DNA of 64,000 nucleotides from Eledone cirrhosa (lineage: Eukaryota), in NCBI GenBank assembly GCA_964016885.1, contig OZ024743.1:220038001-220102000 (forward strand), given 5' to 3'. Positions 62,525-64,000 of the stretch are shown in pieces. Position 1 is the stretch's first letter. Each line of letters opens with the position of its first letter. The notes under the pieces were generated by a model. The model was not told where the DNA came from. It did not search any database and saw nothing but the letters and a program-made list of their open reading frames with translations. The position numbers were made by a program, and so were the translations under genes.

Positions 62525-62884
62525 ACCACCACCATCGCCTCCACCGCCACCATCATCATCACCGCCGCCGCCGACTACAAGACCACTGACACCACTCAGA
62601 ACGACACTTCCATCAAGTCCGCCGTCAACACCACCACCACTGCCACCACTTCCATTGCAAGTAACACCACCATCTCCACCAACACCAGCACCAACACCAC
62701 CAACGATACCGAGCGAGGGAAGTGAAAGTAGCGGCGGTGGTGGAGGGTGCGGAGGAGGAGGAGGATGTGGAGGAGGTGGAGCAGAGTTCGATTTCGCCTC
62801 AGGTAAATCCAGAATGTCCTTCACAGTGAAGCTGCTGGTTCGAACGGCGCTGACAGCCGAGGTCATCGCTAATTGAGGTTCCAT
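61363..62884 (-). CDS. Nkx2-2: First coding exon of an NK2-class homeobox gene (Nkx2.2/vnd-like); homeodomain exon not in window
   Basis: ATG-started 509-aa ORF. It begins with a tinman/eh1 (TN) motif SFTVKDILDL and ends with PLYYDVADNPYTQWL, which resembles the YDSSDNPYTRWL motif of vertebrate Nkx2.2. The frame ends at AG|GTAAGT. The middle is poly-P/G/Q/H/A/N/T. Confidence 0.88.
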
Positions 62885-63168
62885 TATATATATTTCTCTC
62901 TCTCTGTATGTAGACAGGCAGACAGGCAGACAGGCAGGTGAACAGTCCGACTGACAGACAGACTAACAGACCAACAGCCAGAACAGGTGAGCTATGAGAG
63001 AGCGAAGTGAGCTGCCTGCCTTGTGTATATGCGCGAATATGTGTGTACGGTATCTGATAGAGTTCGGTGGGGGGGAGGGGAGGAGGAGGAGGAGGGGGGG
63101 ATAGAAAAATATTAACAACAACAATAAGGATAATATAAATAACAACCCTCTAATACGTTTAACATCAT

Positions 63169-63214
<46 letters not shown>

Positions 63215-63498
63215 GCTGCTACTATTACTGCTACTACTACTTCTACTACTGCAACTATCACCACCAGCACCAGTACCAGCATCAACGCCACCTCTACTTC
63301 TACTACATTCACAACACCAACAACTGCACTGCAACTCCAGCTAAAGCTAATACTGTTGTTAATAATAACAACAACAATAAGAAAAGTAATAACAATAATA
63401 AGAGTGATAATAATAATGATGATAATAATAATTTGCAGACCCCTTCAGAACACTCATGTTCAGATGATAGTAAGTGTGTGTCGCTTGAAAAATGGGAA

Positions 63499-63670
63499 CA
63501 CTTAAAAGCTTAAAGCGCGTTTGGGGTTCTCGGTAAAGCAGAATGTAAGAAGAAGTAAGTGGAGATGGGTGGTAACAATTAAAGTGAACTAACTGGACAT
63601 AGCTATTGGCTAAGCAACTGTACCACGTTGTCTAAGACACGCCTTATACAACGCCTTACACACTATTGGC
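63499..63670 (-). promoter_or_regulatory. Candidate proximal promoter: two CCAAT boxes and two NK2-type AAGTG sites
   Basis: GCCAATAG on the gene strand at 63603-63610 and 63663-63670 (60 bp apart). TTAAGTG (minus) at 63499-63505 and TAAGTGG at 63556-63562. These lie in a non-repetitive island about 0.6-0.8 kb upstream of the ATG. Confidence 0.35.
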
Positions 63671-63751
63671 AAAAAACATGGCTAACAGAGAGAGACTAAC
63701 GAGAATAACAAAGCGTGTGCGTGTGCTTGCTTGTTTGTGGGTGGGTGTTTT

Positions 63752-63793
<42 letters not shown>

Positions 63794-64000
63794 TTAATCT
63801 GTGTGTGGGTGTGTTTGTTAATCTGTGTGTATGTGTGTTTGTGGTTGATTCGGTGTGTGCGCGCGCGCGTGTGTGTGTGTGATGTTTCTTAATGTTTGTG
63901 TGTGTGATGCTTGTTAATCTGTGTGTGTGTGTGTGTGTGTGATGCTTGTTAATGTGTGTGTGTGAGTGTGTCTTTGTGTGTGTGTCTGTGTGTGTGACGT

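Overview
This is AT-rich animal genomic DNA, most likely an octopod cephalopod; that assignment is inferred from the SINE types, the extreme (TA)n/(CA)n load and the homopolymer-expanded coding sequence. The only host gene visible is the first coding exon of an NK2-class homeobox gene (Nkx2.2/vnd-like, minus strand, 62884-61363). It ends in a canonical splice donor and no homeobox exon appears in the remaining 61 kb, so most of the window is probably one very large intron. That intron holds many microsatellite-associated retroelements. (1) Six copies of a young Tx1/L1-clade LINE all sit in (TATC)n repeats in the same orientation relative to the repeat. (2) Penelope-like element (PLE) relics occur with about 20 short asymmetric fold-back insertions, mostly in (TA)n. 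Many carry hammerhead ribozyme (HHR) motifs, and in two families the fold-back apex lies on the predicted ribozyme stem II. (3) tRNA-derived SINEs, RTE/CR1/CRE relics, a MITE and a non-autonomous Helitron are also present. Almost all ORFs in the supplied track are microsatellite artefacts. All calls were made by eye and coordinates may be off by a few bases.
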